DNA of 20,000 nt from Isosphaeraceae bacterium (GTDB lineage Bacteria > Planctomycetota > Planctomycetia > Isosphaerales > Isosphaeraceae), in NCBI GenBank assembly GCA_965201075.1, contig CBDAVP010000001.1:121708-141707 (forward strand), read 5' to 3'. Below, one piece after another: positions 1 through 8,521 of the stretch. A program made the translations under genes and the position numbers. Position 1 is the first letter of the stretch. Each line of letters opens with the position of its first letter. The notes under the pieces were generated by a model, which made no database searches, had not been told where the DNA came from, and was given only the letters and a program-made list of their open reading frames with translations.

Positions 1-1202
1 ACATCTACAAGATCCTCCAGGAAACCTTGCAGGGGGTGAAGGTCGTCAAGGCTTACACCAACGAGCGACGGGAACGACGGCGGTTCTTCCTGGAAACCAA
101 GGCTTTGTTTCGCAAGACGATCCGGGTGACGCGGATCGAGGCCCTGTCCGACCCGGTCCTGGAAATCCTGTCGCTGGTGACGGTGTTGATCGCCCTGATG
201 GCCGGGTCGTACCTGGTCCTGAGGCGCACGACCGAACTCGACCTGGGGCTGTTCCGCCTGCAACTGGCGTCGGTCCCCCCGTCGATGGCCGACCTGTTGA
301 CTCTGTACGCGGTGCTGGCGTCGCTGTCGGACCCGATCCGCCGACTGTCCAACGTCCACTCGCGGATTCAAAGAGCGGCCGCGGCGGCCGACCGGATCTG
401 CGCGTTGATGGATCGCGAGCCGTCGGTGGCCGACATCGCCACCGCCCCGGGTTTGCCCCGACACCGCTCGGCCGTTGAATTCCGCGGAGTCACCTTCCGC
501 TACGACGGCGGCGAGCCGGTCCTTCGAGGGCTCAACCTGTCGGTCCGCCACGGAGAGAGCATCGCCCTGGTTGGCCCGAACGGCTGCGGCAAGTCGACGT
601 TGGTGAGCCTTTTGCCCCGGTTCTACGATGTGCAGGATGGGTCAATCACCATTGACGGCCACGACTTGCGCGAGGTCCGCCTCAAGAGCCTGCGGGCACA
701 GATCGGTCTGGTGACTCAGGAAACCGTCCTGTTCGAGGGAACCCTGGCCGACAATATCGCTTATGGCAACCCCGACGTCACCCGCGAGCAGATCGTCGCC
801 GTGGCTCGAAGGTCCTACGCCCACGGCTTCATCGAGGCGATGCCCGAGGGGTACGACACCCTGGTTGGCGAGCGCGGCTCAACCCTCTCGGGCGGTCAGC
901 GGCAAAGAATCGCCCTGGCCCGCGCCATGCTTCGCGACCCGGCGATTTTGATCCTCGACGAGGCCACCAGCGCCGTCGACATCCAGGACGAGGCCCTGAT
1001 TCGCAAGGCGATCGAGGAATTTTCAAGGGGCCGCACCACCTTCCTGATTACCCACAGCATGGGCTCTCTCCAGTTCGCCGACCGGATTGTCCTGATGGAC
1101 GCCGGTCGGGTCGTCGCCGTCGGCACCGACGCCGAACTGCGGCGCAACTCCCCGCTCTACCGACGCCTCAACGAGATTCACTACCAGCGCGAGAGCGCCT
1201 GA
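1..1202 (+). CDS. ABC exporter, fused permease/ATPase (MsbA-like), 5'-truncated by the window edge
   Basis: Frame is open from base 3. End of a transmembrane domain, then Walker A GPNGCGKS, Q-loop VTQE, signature LSGGQRQR, Walker B ILILDEATS and H-loop ITH. Confidence 0.93.
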   Translation, partial: IYKILQETLQGVKVVKAYTNERRERRRFFLETKALFRKTIRVTRIEALSDPVLEILSLVTVLIALMAGSYLVLRRTTELDLGLFRLQLASVPPSMADLLTLYAVLASLSDPIRRLSNVHSRIQRAAAAADRICALMDREPSVADIATAPGLPRHRSAVEFRGVTFRYDGGEPVLRGLNLSVRHGESIALVGPNGCGKSTLVSLLPRFYDVQDGSITIDGHDLREVRLKSLRAQIGLVTQETVLFEGTLADNIAYGNPDVTREQIVAVARRSYAHGFIEAMPEGYDTLVGERGSTLSGGQRQRIALARAMLRDPAILILDEATSAVDIQDEALIRKAIEEFSRGRTTFLITHSMGSLQFADRIVLMDAGRVVAVGTDAELRRNSPLYRRLNEIHYQRESA

Positions 1203-1320
1203 ACCGGGTCAGGGCACGCCGTCTGCAAGCGACCCGACCCGCCGGCGCCAGGTTCGTCCGCCCGGTCGGGCTCGACAGTCCCGAGTCACCGTCGACGGCC
1301 GGTTTCGGTATCTCCCCTCG

Positions 1321-1782
1321 ATGGACTTTCCGCACCTCGACCCCGCCAGGACGGCCCGTTCCCTGTTTGACGAGTTCAAGGCGTTCGCCTTCAAGGGGAA
1401 CGTCATTGACCTGGCCATAGGCGTCATCATCGGCGGCGCTTTCGGCAAGATCGTCTCGTCATTGGTGGCCAACATCATCTTGCCGATCGTTGGCATGCTC
1501 GTTCCCGGGCAGCAAAGTTACAAACAGTGGTCGTTCCGTTACGGCGGCCAGTCGATCCTCTACGGGCAGTTCCTCACTGACGTCGTCGACTTCCTGATCG
1601 TCGCGGCGGCCCTCTTCTTCTTCGTCGTCAAGTTCCTGGGCTGGATTCTGAAGACCCGCAAGCAGGACGCCGCGGCCCCACCCCCGGCTCCGACCCGTCA
1701 GGAAGCCTTGCTCATTGAGATTCGCGACCTCCTGAAGCAACAATCCCGGGACGAACCGGCCCCGCCTTCCGGCTCTCTTTGA
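1321..1782 (+). CDS. mscL: Large-conductance mechanosensitive channel MscL
   Basis: EFKAFAFKGNVIDLAIGVIIGGAFGKIVSSLV N-terminus, YGQFL..VVDFLIVA TM2 and C-terminal LLIEIRDLLK are MscL hallmarks. Confidence 0.96.
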   Translation: MDFPHLDPARTARSLFDEFKAFAFKGNVIDLAIGVIIGGAFGKIVSSLVANIILPIVGMLVPGQQSYKQWSFRYGGQSILYGQFLTDVVDFLIVAAALFFFVVKFLGWILKTRKQDAAAPPPAPTRQEALLIEIRDLLKQQSRDEPAPPSGSL

Positions 1783-2032
1783 AAAAAACTTCGGGCCAAC
1801 CGTCACAACATCACGGGACGGTCGTAGCAGGCTCATCGGGCTGGAGAATTCGCCATTGAGGGGAGTGCGTCATGCACGCCCGATTTGGTGATTCGGTCGA
1901 AAGATTTTGACACCACTGGTTCCGATCGCCTAAACTGCCAGAAGAATGCCTCACTCCCCCCGCCCCGGCGTCCGCGTTCTGCGATGCGTCTGGGCCCACC
2001 GCTTGCCTTGCCACGAAACAGGAGTCGGACGC

Positions 2033-3706
2033 ATGAGGGCGGCGATTCGCCTCGATCGGGCGGCCTCGCAATGCGCGTGGGTTGTGACCCTGGGGATGCT
2101 GGTCGCGCCGTCCTGGGGGATCGCCGCCGGTCCCGAACGGACCGGCGCGACCAAGCCGTCGAAAGCAGCCAAGGGGGCCTTGCAGGAAAAGGCCGAGGCG
2201 ATCGACGCCCTGCTTCAGTCTTCCTGGGAGAGCGGCGGCGTCAAGCCCTCGGCCATCGCCTCCGACTCCGAGTACATGCGGCGGGCCTACGTCGACATCC
2301 TCGGGCGGATTCCCAACGTCAGCGAGGCCCTCGACTTCCTCACGACCAAGGACCCCAACAAGCGGGCCAAACTGGTCGACGGCCTGCTGGAACACCCGGA
2401 CTACTCCAAGAACTTCGCCTCGGTCTGGACCGTCACCCTGGTCGGCCGCCGAGACCAGGGTCGCGAGGTCAACCGCAAGGCCCTGACCGACTGGCTGCGC
2501 ACCCAGTTCAAGGAGAACGTGGCCTGGGACAAGATGGCCTATTCCCTCATCACGGCCACCGGTTCCAACCGCGACAATGGCGCCTGCAACTTCACCCTCT
2601 CGCACATGGAAGACGGCGCCGTGCCGCTGACCTCCATCAGCATGAGGGTCTTCATGGGTCAGCAGGTCCAGTGCACCCAGTGCCACGACCACCCCTCCAA
2701 TGACTGGAAGCAGGCCGACTTCTGGGGCATTAACGCCTTCTACAAGGGGCTCCAGAAAGAGACCATCAAGAAGATTGATGGCACCGGCGCCGAGGTCGAC
2801 GACTACGTCGAACTCTCCGAGGAACCCAGCGACAAATACTCCACCTACGAGCGTCGCAACGCGATGGTGGGAATCGCCTTCCCCCGATTCCTCGACGGCA
2901 CCGCCATTGGCCAGGGAGTCGCCGACGACGAGGGCAACCCCATCGAGCGACGCAAGAAACTGGGCGAGATGGTCACCGCGACCAACAACGACCAGTTCGC
3001 CCGGGCGCTGGTGAATCGCCTCTGGTCCCACTTCCTGGGCCACGGGTTCGTTACCCCGGTCGACGACTTCGGCGCCCATAACCCGGCCAACAACCCCGAG
3101 TTGCTGGAACACCTGGCCGGCGAGTTCAAGGCCGCGAAGTATGACCTGAAATCCCTGATCCGCCTGATCTGCGCCAGCCGGGCGTACAACCTCACCAGCA
3201 TCACGACCAAGGGCAATGACAAGGACGACGTCCTGTTCACCCATCAGGCCCTGAAGCCGATGTCGCCCGAGCAGTTGTTCGACTCGCTCTTGACGGCCAC
3301 CGCCGCCCACAAGGCTGGAGGCGCCGGCGACCTGGAACGCAACCGGGCCGAGTGGCTTCGTCAGTTCCAGTTCGCCTACGCCACCGATGAGGGAGAGGAA
3401 TCGTCCAGCTACCAGGGGACGATCCCGCAGGCCCTGATGATGATGAACGGCCCCTTGATGGACAAGGCCGTCAACGGGCAGTCGGGCAGCTTCCTGGCGA
3501 GCCTGCTGGGCTCGGCCGACTCCAAGCGCGACCCGGCCGGTTACGTCGTTGACCGCATGTACCTGGCCGCCCTGGGCCGGCACCCTTCGGCCAAGGAGGT
3601 CGAGAAGGCCGCCCACTACTACCACAATGATCCGGACTCGATCTGCGTGATGCAAGACCTGTTCTGGGCCTTGCTGAACTCCAACGAATTCATCCTGAAC
3701 CACTGA
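2033..3706 (+). CDS. Planctomycete DUF1549/DUF1553 (PSCyt2/PSD1) domain protein
   Basis: Motifs RRAYVDILGRIP, QCTQCHDHP (CxxCH), FARALVNRLWSHFLGHG, NPELLEHLA, PQALMMMNG and C-terminal DLFWALLNSNEFILNH. Start moved to ATG 2033 (AGGAG at 2020-2024), followed by a signal-like hydrophobic stretch. Confidence 0.9.
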   Translation: MRAAIRLDRAASQCAWVVTLGMLVAPSWGIAAGPERTGATKPSKAAKGALQEKAEAIDALLQSSWESGGVKPSAIASDSEYMRRAYVDILGRIPNVSEALDFLTTKDPNKRAKLVDGLLEHPDYSKNFASVWTVTLVGRRDQGREVNRKALTDWLRTQFKENVAWDKMAYSLITATGSNRDNGACNFTLSHMEDGAVPLTSISMRVFMGQQVQCTQCHDHPSNDWKQADFWGINAFYKGLQKETIKKIDGTGAEVDDYVELSEEPSDKYSTYERRNAMVGIAFPRFLDGTAIGQGVADDEGNPIERRKKLGEMVTATNNDQFARALVNRLWSHFLGHGFVTPVDDFGAHNPANNPELLEHLAGEFKAAKYDLKSLIRLICASRAYNLTSITTKGNDKDDVLFTHQALKPMSPEQLFDSLLTATAAHKAGGAGDLERNRAEWLRQFQFAYATDEGEESSSYQGTIPQALMMMNGPLMDKAVNGQSGSFLASLLGSADSKRDPAGYVVDRMYLAALGRHPSAKEVEKAAHYYHNDPDSICVMQDLFWALLNSNEFILNH

Positions 3707-3797
3707 GTTGCGTTTCCCGGATTCCGAGGCGTGTCGCCCCGGAGCCTGCCTTGCCGAGTGAGCGTCAGGGGCCGAGGGCCTGGGGGGGATTCGACCG

Positions 3798-5087
3798 ATG
3801 TTCGACCGTCACGCAACGCCCGAGGGGATGTCCCGTCGCCACTTTCTGGGGCACATGGCGACCACCGCCCTGACCCTGCCGGCCATGCAGTTCGTCGGCA
3901 CCCTCCAGGCCAACGCCGCGGCCCTGAAGGCGGGTCATAAGCGCTGCATTTTGCTGTGGATGGGTGGCGGACCCAGCCACATGGACACCTGGGACCTCAA
4001 GCCCGACAGTGAAAAGAACGGCGGCGAATTCAAGCCGATCGCCACCGCCGCCCCCGGCGTCCAGATCAGCGAGCACCTGCCCAACGTCGCCAAGCAGATG
4101 CAGCACCTGAGCATCATCCGCTCGCTCGACTCCAAGGAAGGCAATCACGACCGCGGCACCTACACGATGCACACCGGCTACCAGCCCAATCCCACGGTGG
4201 TCCACCCGGGGTTCGGCTCGGTCGTCTCGTATGAAGCCGCGCAGATGGACGCCCTGGCCCAGTTCGACCTGCCGCACTGCATCGCCATCAACAACCCGGG
4301 GCAGGGTGCCGGCTTCCTGGGGATGACCCACTCGCCGTTCCTGATCCAGAACCCCAACGCTCCGGTGGCCAACCTCCAGCCGCCAGCCGGCATCGACGAG
4401 GGTCGCATGGCCCGCCGGGTCCACATGCTCGACGGTGTCGAGTCGTCCTTCGCCTCCCAGAAGCGCGGGCTGGCCGCGGGCGAGCACGGCAAGGTTTACA
4501 GCAAGTCGCTGCGGATGATGAACTCGCAGTACACCCGGGCCCTGAGCCTCAAGGACGTCGACGACGCCGAGAAGGAGCGTTACGGCAAGGGGAGCTTCGG
4601 TGCCGGCTGCCTGATGGCCCGCCGACTGGTCGAGCAAGGCGTCTCGTTCGTCGAGGTCGGCCTGGGCGGCTGGGACAACCACACCAACATCTTCCAGACC
4701 CTCTCGCGCAACCTCCTGCCCGAACTGGACAAGGCGATGGCGGCGCTGGTGGATGACCTGTCCCGCTCCGGGCTGCTCGACTCGACCCTGGTCGTCTGGA
4801 TGGGCGAGTTCGGTCGGACGCCGAGGATCAACCAGAACGGCGGACGCGACCACTGGCCCAAGAGCTGGTCGGTCGTCATGGGAGGCGCCGGACTCAAGGG
4901 CGGCCAGGTCATCGGCGCCACCGACAAGGACGGCGTCGAGGTGGTTGACCGCCCCGTCGGCGTGATGGACGTCATTGGCACGATGACCAAGGCGATGGGT
5001 ATCGACGTCGACCGCCAGTACACCACCCCCCGAGGTCGACCGATCAAGGTCGTCGACAACGGCAAGCCGATCGCCGAGTTGTTCTGA
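3798..5087 (+). CDS. DUF1501 domain protein with Tat signal peptide
   Basis: SRRHFLG twin-arginine motif; ILLWMGGGPSHMDTWDLKP, CLMARRLVEQGV, GWDNH, GEFGRTPRIN and GRDHW motifs; typical position downstream of a DUF1549/1553 gene. Confidence 0.92.
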   Translation: MFDRHATPEGMSRRHFLGHMATTALTLPAMQFVGTLQANAAALKAGHKRCILLWMGGGPSHMDTWDLKPDSEKNGGEFKPIATAAPGVQISEHLPNVAKQMQHLSIIRSLDSKEGNHDRGTYTMHTGYQPNPTVVHPGFGSVVSYEAAQMDALAQFDLPHCIAINNPGQGAGFLGMTHSPFLIQNPNAPVANLQPPAGIDEGRMARRVHMLDGVESSFASQKRGLAAGEHGKVYSKSLRMMNSQYTRALSLKDVDDAEKERYGKGSFGAGCLMARRLVEQGVSFVEVGLGGWDNHTNIFQTLSRNLLPELDKAMAALVDDLSRSGLLDSTLVVWMGEFGRTPRINQNGGRDHWPKSWSVVMGGAGLKGGQVIGATDKDGVEVVDRPVGVMDVIGTMTKAMGIDVDRQYTTPRGRPIKVVDNGKPIAELF

Positions 5088-5107
5088 ACCTCTCGAAGCG
5101 ATTCCGA

Positions 5108-5140
5108 CCAAGGCCCGCCGCCCCTCGCGGCGGGCCTTGG
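5108..5140 (+). terminator. Strong GC hairpin after the DUF1501 gene (terminator or stabilising stem, no U-tract)
   Basis: Perfect 14-bp inverted repeat CCAAGGCCCGCCGC / GCGGCGGGCCTTGG with a 5-nt loop, 20 bp after the stop codon. Confidence 0.55.
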
Positions 5141-5182
5141 CGCGCGCCGCGCTCCTTCTCCAAGAACGCGGTCGGACCGAAC

Positions 5183-5211
5183 TTGTCGGGGCCGGGAAGC
5201 GGGGATAGAAT
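5183..5211 (+). promoter_or_regulatory. Sigma70-type promoter for tRNA-Cys
   Basis: TTGTCG (5183-5188), 17-bp spacer, TAGAAT (5206-5211), 21 bp upstream of the tRNA. Confidence 0.6.
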
Positions 5212-5232
5212 CATCCCTCTCCGTTCGCAAAG

Positions 5233-5303
<71 letters not shown>

Positions 5304-5344
5304 CTCGGTTGGGCCCATCCGAAACCCCCGACCCCATGAAAACA

Positions 5345-5379
5345 GCCCGGCCCCTAGCGATTGCCGCTCGGGGCCGGGC
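5345..5379 (-). terminator. Intrinsic terminator between the convergent tRNA-Cys and cyclophilin genes
   Basis: Stem GCCCGGCCCC-T-AGCG / CGCT-C-GGGGCCGGGC, followed by TGTTTTCAT on the minus strand. Confidence 0.6.
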
Positions 5380-5410
5380 CCTTGCGTTTCGTGAGCGTTC
5401 GGAGGCCGGG

Positions 5411-8272
5411 TCAGGTCGTTGTGGTCGAGCCGACCGACCCGTCCGAGTCCGAGGTCCCCACTGAGGTCGACCCGGAACTGGTGCCGGACGTCCCACTGGT
5501 CCCGGTGGTCGTCCCGGATGTGCCGGTGGTTGTGCCGACGGTGGTGGTCCCGGTCGTGGTTCCGGTGGTCGTCGAGCCGGTGGTGGTCCCGGTCGTGGTG
5601 CCGGTGGTGGTCCCGGTCGTCACAGTGCCAGTGTTGCTTCCGGTCGTCGAGCCGGTGGTCGTGCCGGCGACGGTGCCAGTGTTGCTTCCGGTCGTCGAGC
5701 CGGTGGTGGTGCCGGCGACGGTGCCACCGGTGGTCGTCCCGGTCGCGCTACCAGTGCTGTCGATCGGCTGGGTACTGGTGCCGCTATCTCCGCTGGTCGA
5801 CGAGGTGCCGGTGGAGGTGTCGTTGCGGCCTCCGGCGTGGGTGATGAGCGAGAAGACCGGACGGTTGGGGACCTTGACCAGGCGGTTGCCGACGAACTTG
5901 AAGGCGTGGGCGATCGGCTCCTTGCCCTTGCGTCGGGGTGGGGTGACGGTCACCAGCGTGTCGGCCCCGGCGCTCTTGTGGAAGCGGACGCTGCCGGATC
6001 GACCAATCAACGCATCATCGGACGACCCGCCGGTGAGGTTGTTGCGGCCAAACCAGCCGTGGAGGGTGGAGGGGCCGTTGCCCGCCAGCACGACGTTCTT
6101 GCCGCCGTGGCCGCCGTCCAGGGTCGCCCGGATCGTCACTCCGGGATCGACCACGATATTGTCGCTGGCCTTTGAGCCGTAGACGACGATCAGGCCGATG
6201 TTGGAGACCTTCGTCTGGGCGGTCGTCGAGCTGATCGAGTCGACCACGCCGTTGACCGTCACCTGGATGACCGGGCCGTTGGTCGGGTCGTTGACCTGCT
6301 GGATGTTGATGGTGTTGAGAACCCCCTTGCCGCGTTTCGGGGGCGGGGTGACGACCAGGACACCGCCGATGACCCGCACCGAGTTGGTGTTGCCGGGGGT
6401 CAGGTTTAGAGTGATCGTCGCGGTGTTGCTGACCAGCCCGGGGGCGGGAGCTCCGCTGCTGGTGGCGGTGAAGTTGAACGTGTCGGGGCCGACGTAGTTG
6501 CTCGCCGGGGTGTAGGTGAACGCTCCGGTCGAGGCGTTGAAACTGGTGATCGTACCGTGAGACGGCTGGGCGGTGATTTGGTAGACGACCGCCTGGCCGG
6601 TGGTCTCCTCATTGGAAGTCAACGTCTGGGAGATCGGTTGGTTGGCCGCCCCGGAATAGTTGGCGCTGACGGCCGTGGGCGCCGGGAAGATGGGCGTGCC
6701 GGGAGTGACGGTCAGCGAGACCGTGGCCGCGGCGCTCGTCAAAATCGGCGCCGTGGTGGTCGAGGCGGTGAAGTTGAACGTGTCGGGCCCGACGTAGTTG
6801 CGGTCCGGCGTGTAGAAGAACTGACCGTTGGCGCCGGGTACCTGGGTCAAGGTGCCGTGGTCCGAGCGGGCCGGGACGTTGTAAGCCAGCGACTGGCCGG
6901 CGGTGGCCGGGGTAGCGGTCAGGGTGATCGGGATCTGGACGTTCTCGGCCGTGGTGAACGACGCGGGGCTGGCCGTGGGCGCCACGGCCGCGGTCACGTT
7001 GACGTTGATCGTGTGGTAATAATAGTTCGCCGGGGTGTCGGTAGTGGCGGCGTTGCGGACCCCGACCAGTAGGGTCGCGGTCCCCGTGAAGCCGGACGCG
7101 GCCGTCACCGTCACCTGGTTGGTGGTCGAGTTGTAGGTGGCGTTGATCTGGCTGGTGTTCAGCCCGACGAAGGCGCCATTGACGATCCCGCCTTGCAGGG
7201 TAATCGCCGGGCTCAGGCTGGCATACTGGTTGACGATCGGCACGGTGAAGCTGGTCGAGCCACCGGGGGCGATGGTCTGGGCGGGGATCGACCCCAGCGA
7301 GATCTGGGGAACATAGTTCGTCGGAACCGGGTTGGCCACGCTCTGGACCTGGAACGACTGTTGAGTCGTCGAGCCGTCGACAAGGTCGGTGGCCTGCACC
7401 ACGACGTTGCTGACTTCCCCGGCGGCGCCGCCGGTGGTGTCGATGTGCAAGGTGCCGTTGGGGTTCTGGCCCGAAAGAGTCGCGCTGGTGATCAAGACTG
7501 GCGAGACCGGCTCGGAGACCTCGCCCTGGGCGTTGGCCTCCTTGGTCACCTGCGTCATCTGCTGAAGGACGCTCTGGCCCGAGACGATCTGGCCCCAGAT
7601 GGTGTACTTCAGGTCGGCGAATCGCGGGGTACCGGTGGTCACGAAGAACTGGGAGTTGTCCGTGTCGGGAGAGCCGGTGTTGGCCTCGGCAAGTTGGCCG
7701 GTGCCGGTGAAGGTCAGTTGCTGGACGAACTCGTCGGTGAAGTTGGGGATGGGGTTCCCGGTACCATCGCCGTTCTGCGAACCGCCCTGCACCGCGTAGT
7801 CGTTGACGCCGGGGAAGTTGTTGATGATTCGGTGGAAGTTCTTGTTCGGCAGGGTGTTGTTAGTCGTGGGGGTGGTGTAGAAGTTCGACGTGACCAGCGA
7901 CTCGATCATCTGGGTGGTGATCGGCGTCAGATCGTTGAAGAGCTGAAAGGTCATGAAGCCGTCGAAGGCGGGATCGCCGGTGCCGCTGGAGTCGTGGTGA
8001 ACCTCCAGGGTCAGGAACTGGCCCTGGGTGGGCGTGACCTTGATGTCGGCATTGCTGTTGGAAAGGATCGTGTACGACTGGGGGTTGGTGTTGGTGCTGG
8101 TCAGGGTTTGCTGGTAGCCGGTGCCGGTGGGGGACAGCACGGCCGCGATCGAATTGAGTTGGGCGGTGAGGAGCTTTCGATCCTCCAGGCCCTCAATGAC
8201 CGGCCTGGCCCCTCTTCGAGACGCGCGATCGGCGCCGGTCTTCGCCCTGCCCCGCATGCGGTCCGTCATCAT
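5411..8272 (-). CDS. Large extracellular cyclophilin-type peptidyl-prolyl isomerase with Ig-like (Big_9/tandem-95-like) repeats, a degenerate RTX-like Gly-rich segment and a Thr/Gly/Ser-rich tail
   Basis: N-terminal planctomycete extracellular motif IEGLEDRKLL; cyclophilin core FHRII..F..VQGG..GDGTG..FTDEF..LAEAN..SQFFVT..YTIWGQ; two repeats ending YTP..NYVGPDTFNFTA; LDGGHG..LTGGSSDDALIG; GTTT-rich C-terminus. Confidence 0.88.
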   Translation of the reverse strand: MMTDRMRGRAKTGADRASRRGARPVIEGLEDRKLLTAQLNSIAAVLSPTGTGYQQTLTSTNTNPQSYTILSNSNADIKVTPTQGQFLTLEVHHDSSGTGDPAFDGFMTFQLFNDLTPITTQMIESLVTSNFYTTPTTNNTLPNKNFHRIINNFPGVNDYAVQGGSQNGDGTGNPIPNFTDEFVQQLTFTGTGQLAEANTGSPDTDNSQFFVTTGTPRFADLKYTIWGQIVSGQSVLQQMTQVTKEANAQGEVSEPVSPVLITSATLSGQNPNGTLHIDTTGGAAGEVSNVVVQATDLVDGSTTQQSFQVQSVANPVPTNYVPQISLGSIPAQTIAPGGSTSFTVPIVNQYASLSPAITLQGGIVNGAFVGLNTSQINATYNSTTNQVTVTAASGFTGTATLLVGVRNAATTDTPANYYYHTINVNVTAAVAPTASPASFTTAENVQIPITLTATPATAGQSLAYNVPARSDHGTLTQVPGANGQFFYTPDRNYVGPDTFNFTASTTTAPILTSAAATVSLTVTPGTPIFPAPTAVSANYSGAANQPISQTLTSNEETTGQAVVYQITAQPSHGTITSFNASTGAFTYTPASNYVGPDTFNFTATSSGAPAPGLVSNTATITLNLTPGNTNSVRVIGGVLVVTPPPKRGKGVLNTINIQQVNDPTNGPVIQVTVNGVVDSISSTTAQTKVSNIGLIVVYGSKASDNIVVDPGVTIRATLDGGHGGKNVVLAGNGPSTLHGWFGRNNLTGGSSDDALIGRSGSVRFHKSAGADTLVTVTPPRRKGKEPIAHAFKFVGNRLVKVPNRPVFSLITHAGGRNDTSTGTSSTSGDSGTSTQPIDSTGSATGTTTGGTVAGTTTGSTTGSNTGTVAGTTTGSTTGSNTGTVTTGTTTGTTTGTTTGSTTTGTTTGTTTVGTTTGTSGTTTGTSGTSGTSSGSTSVGTSDSDGSVGSTTTT
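5625..5726. repeat. 48-bp tandem repeat (about 2.1 copies) inside a 12-bp-periodic GTTT-coding tract (about 5500-5740)
   Basis: GTGCCAGTGTTGCTTCCGGTCGTCGAGCCGGTGGT(C/G)GTGCCGGCGACG starts at 5625 and 5673, with a partial copy at 5721; encodes TVAGTTTGSTTGSNTG twice. Confidence 0.85.
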
Positions 8273-8521
8273 TCACCTCCGCGCGTCGACCGATCCTCGG
8301 CTCCGACCGCGCCGGGCGCGGCGCGTTGAAGCCCCTGTTCCGTTCTTATCGGTTGCGCCGGTCGAGGCGCTTGAGCCGAATCGACCCAACGAGCCGGTCA
8401 CGCTGCGGATCGCTCCGTCGCATCCGACGCGTCGGCCTCTCTTCCTTTTCCCTTGCCCCCGTCGCCCCTTGAGGTTATGGTCCGACCTCGCCCCCGAGGA
8501 TCGGCGTGCGGAGGCTCCGTC

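Noticed and set aside
1811..5111. Long minus-strand ORFs (630 aa and 448 aa), and similar ones at 9269-10459, 15502-16356, 16666-17694 and 18484-19581
   Set aside because: Antisense shadows of well-supported genes, typical of high-GC DNA, with no recognisable motifs.
5500..5740. Short periodic repeats resembling a CRISPR array
   Set aside because: In-frame coding repeats without unique spacers, and no cas genes.
5361..6182. Val/Pro-rich 273-aa plus-strand ORF
   Set aside because: It is the reverse-complement reading of the Thr/Gly repeat tail of the cyclophilin gene.
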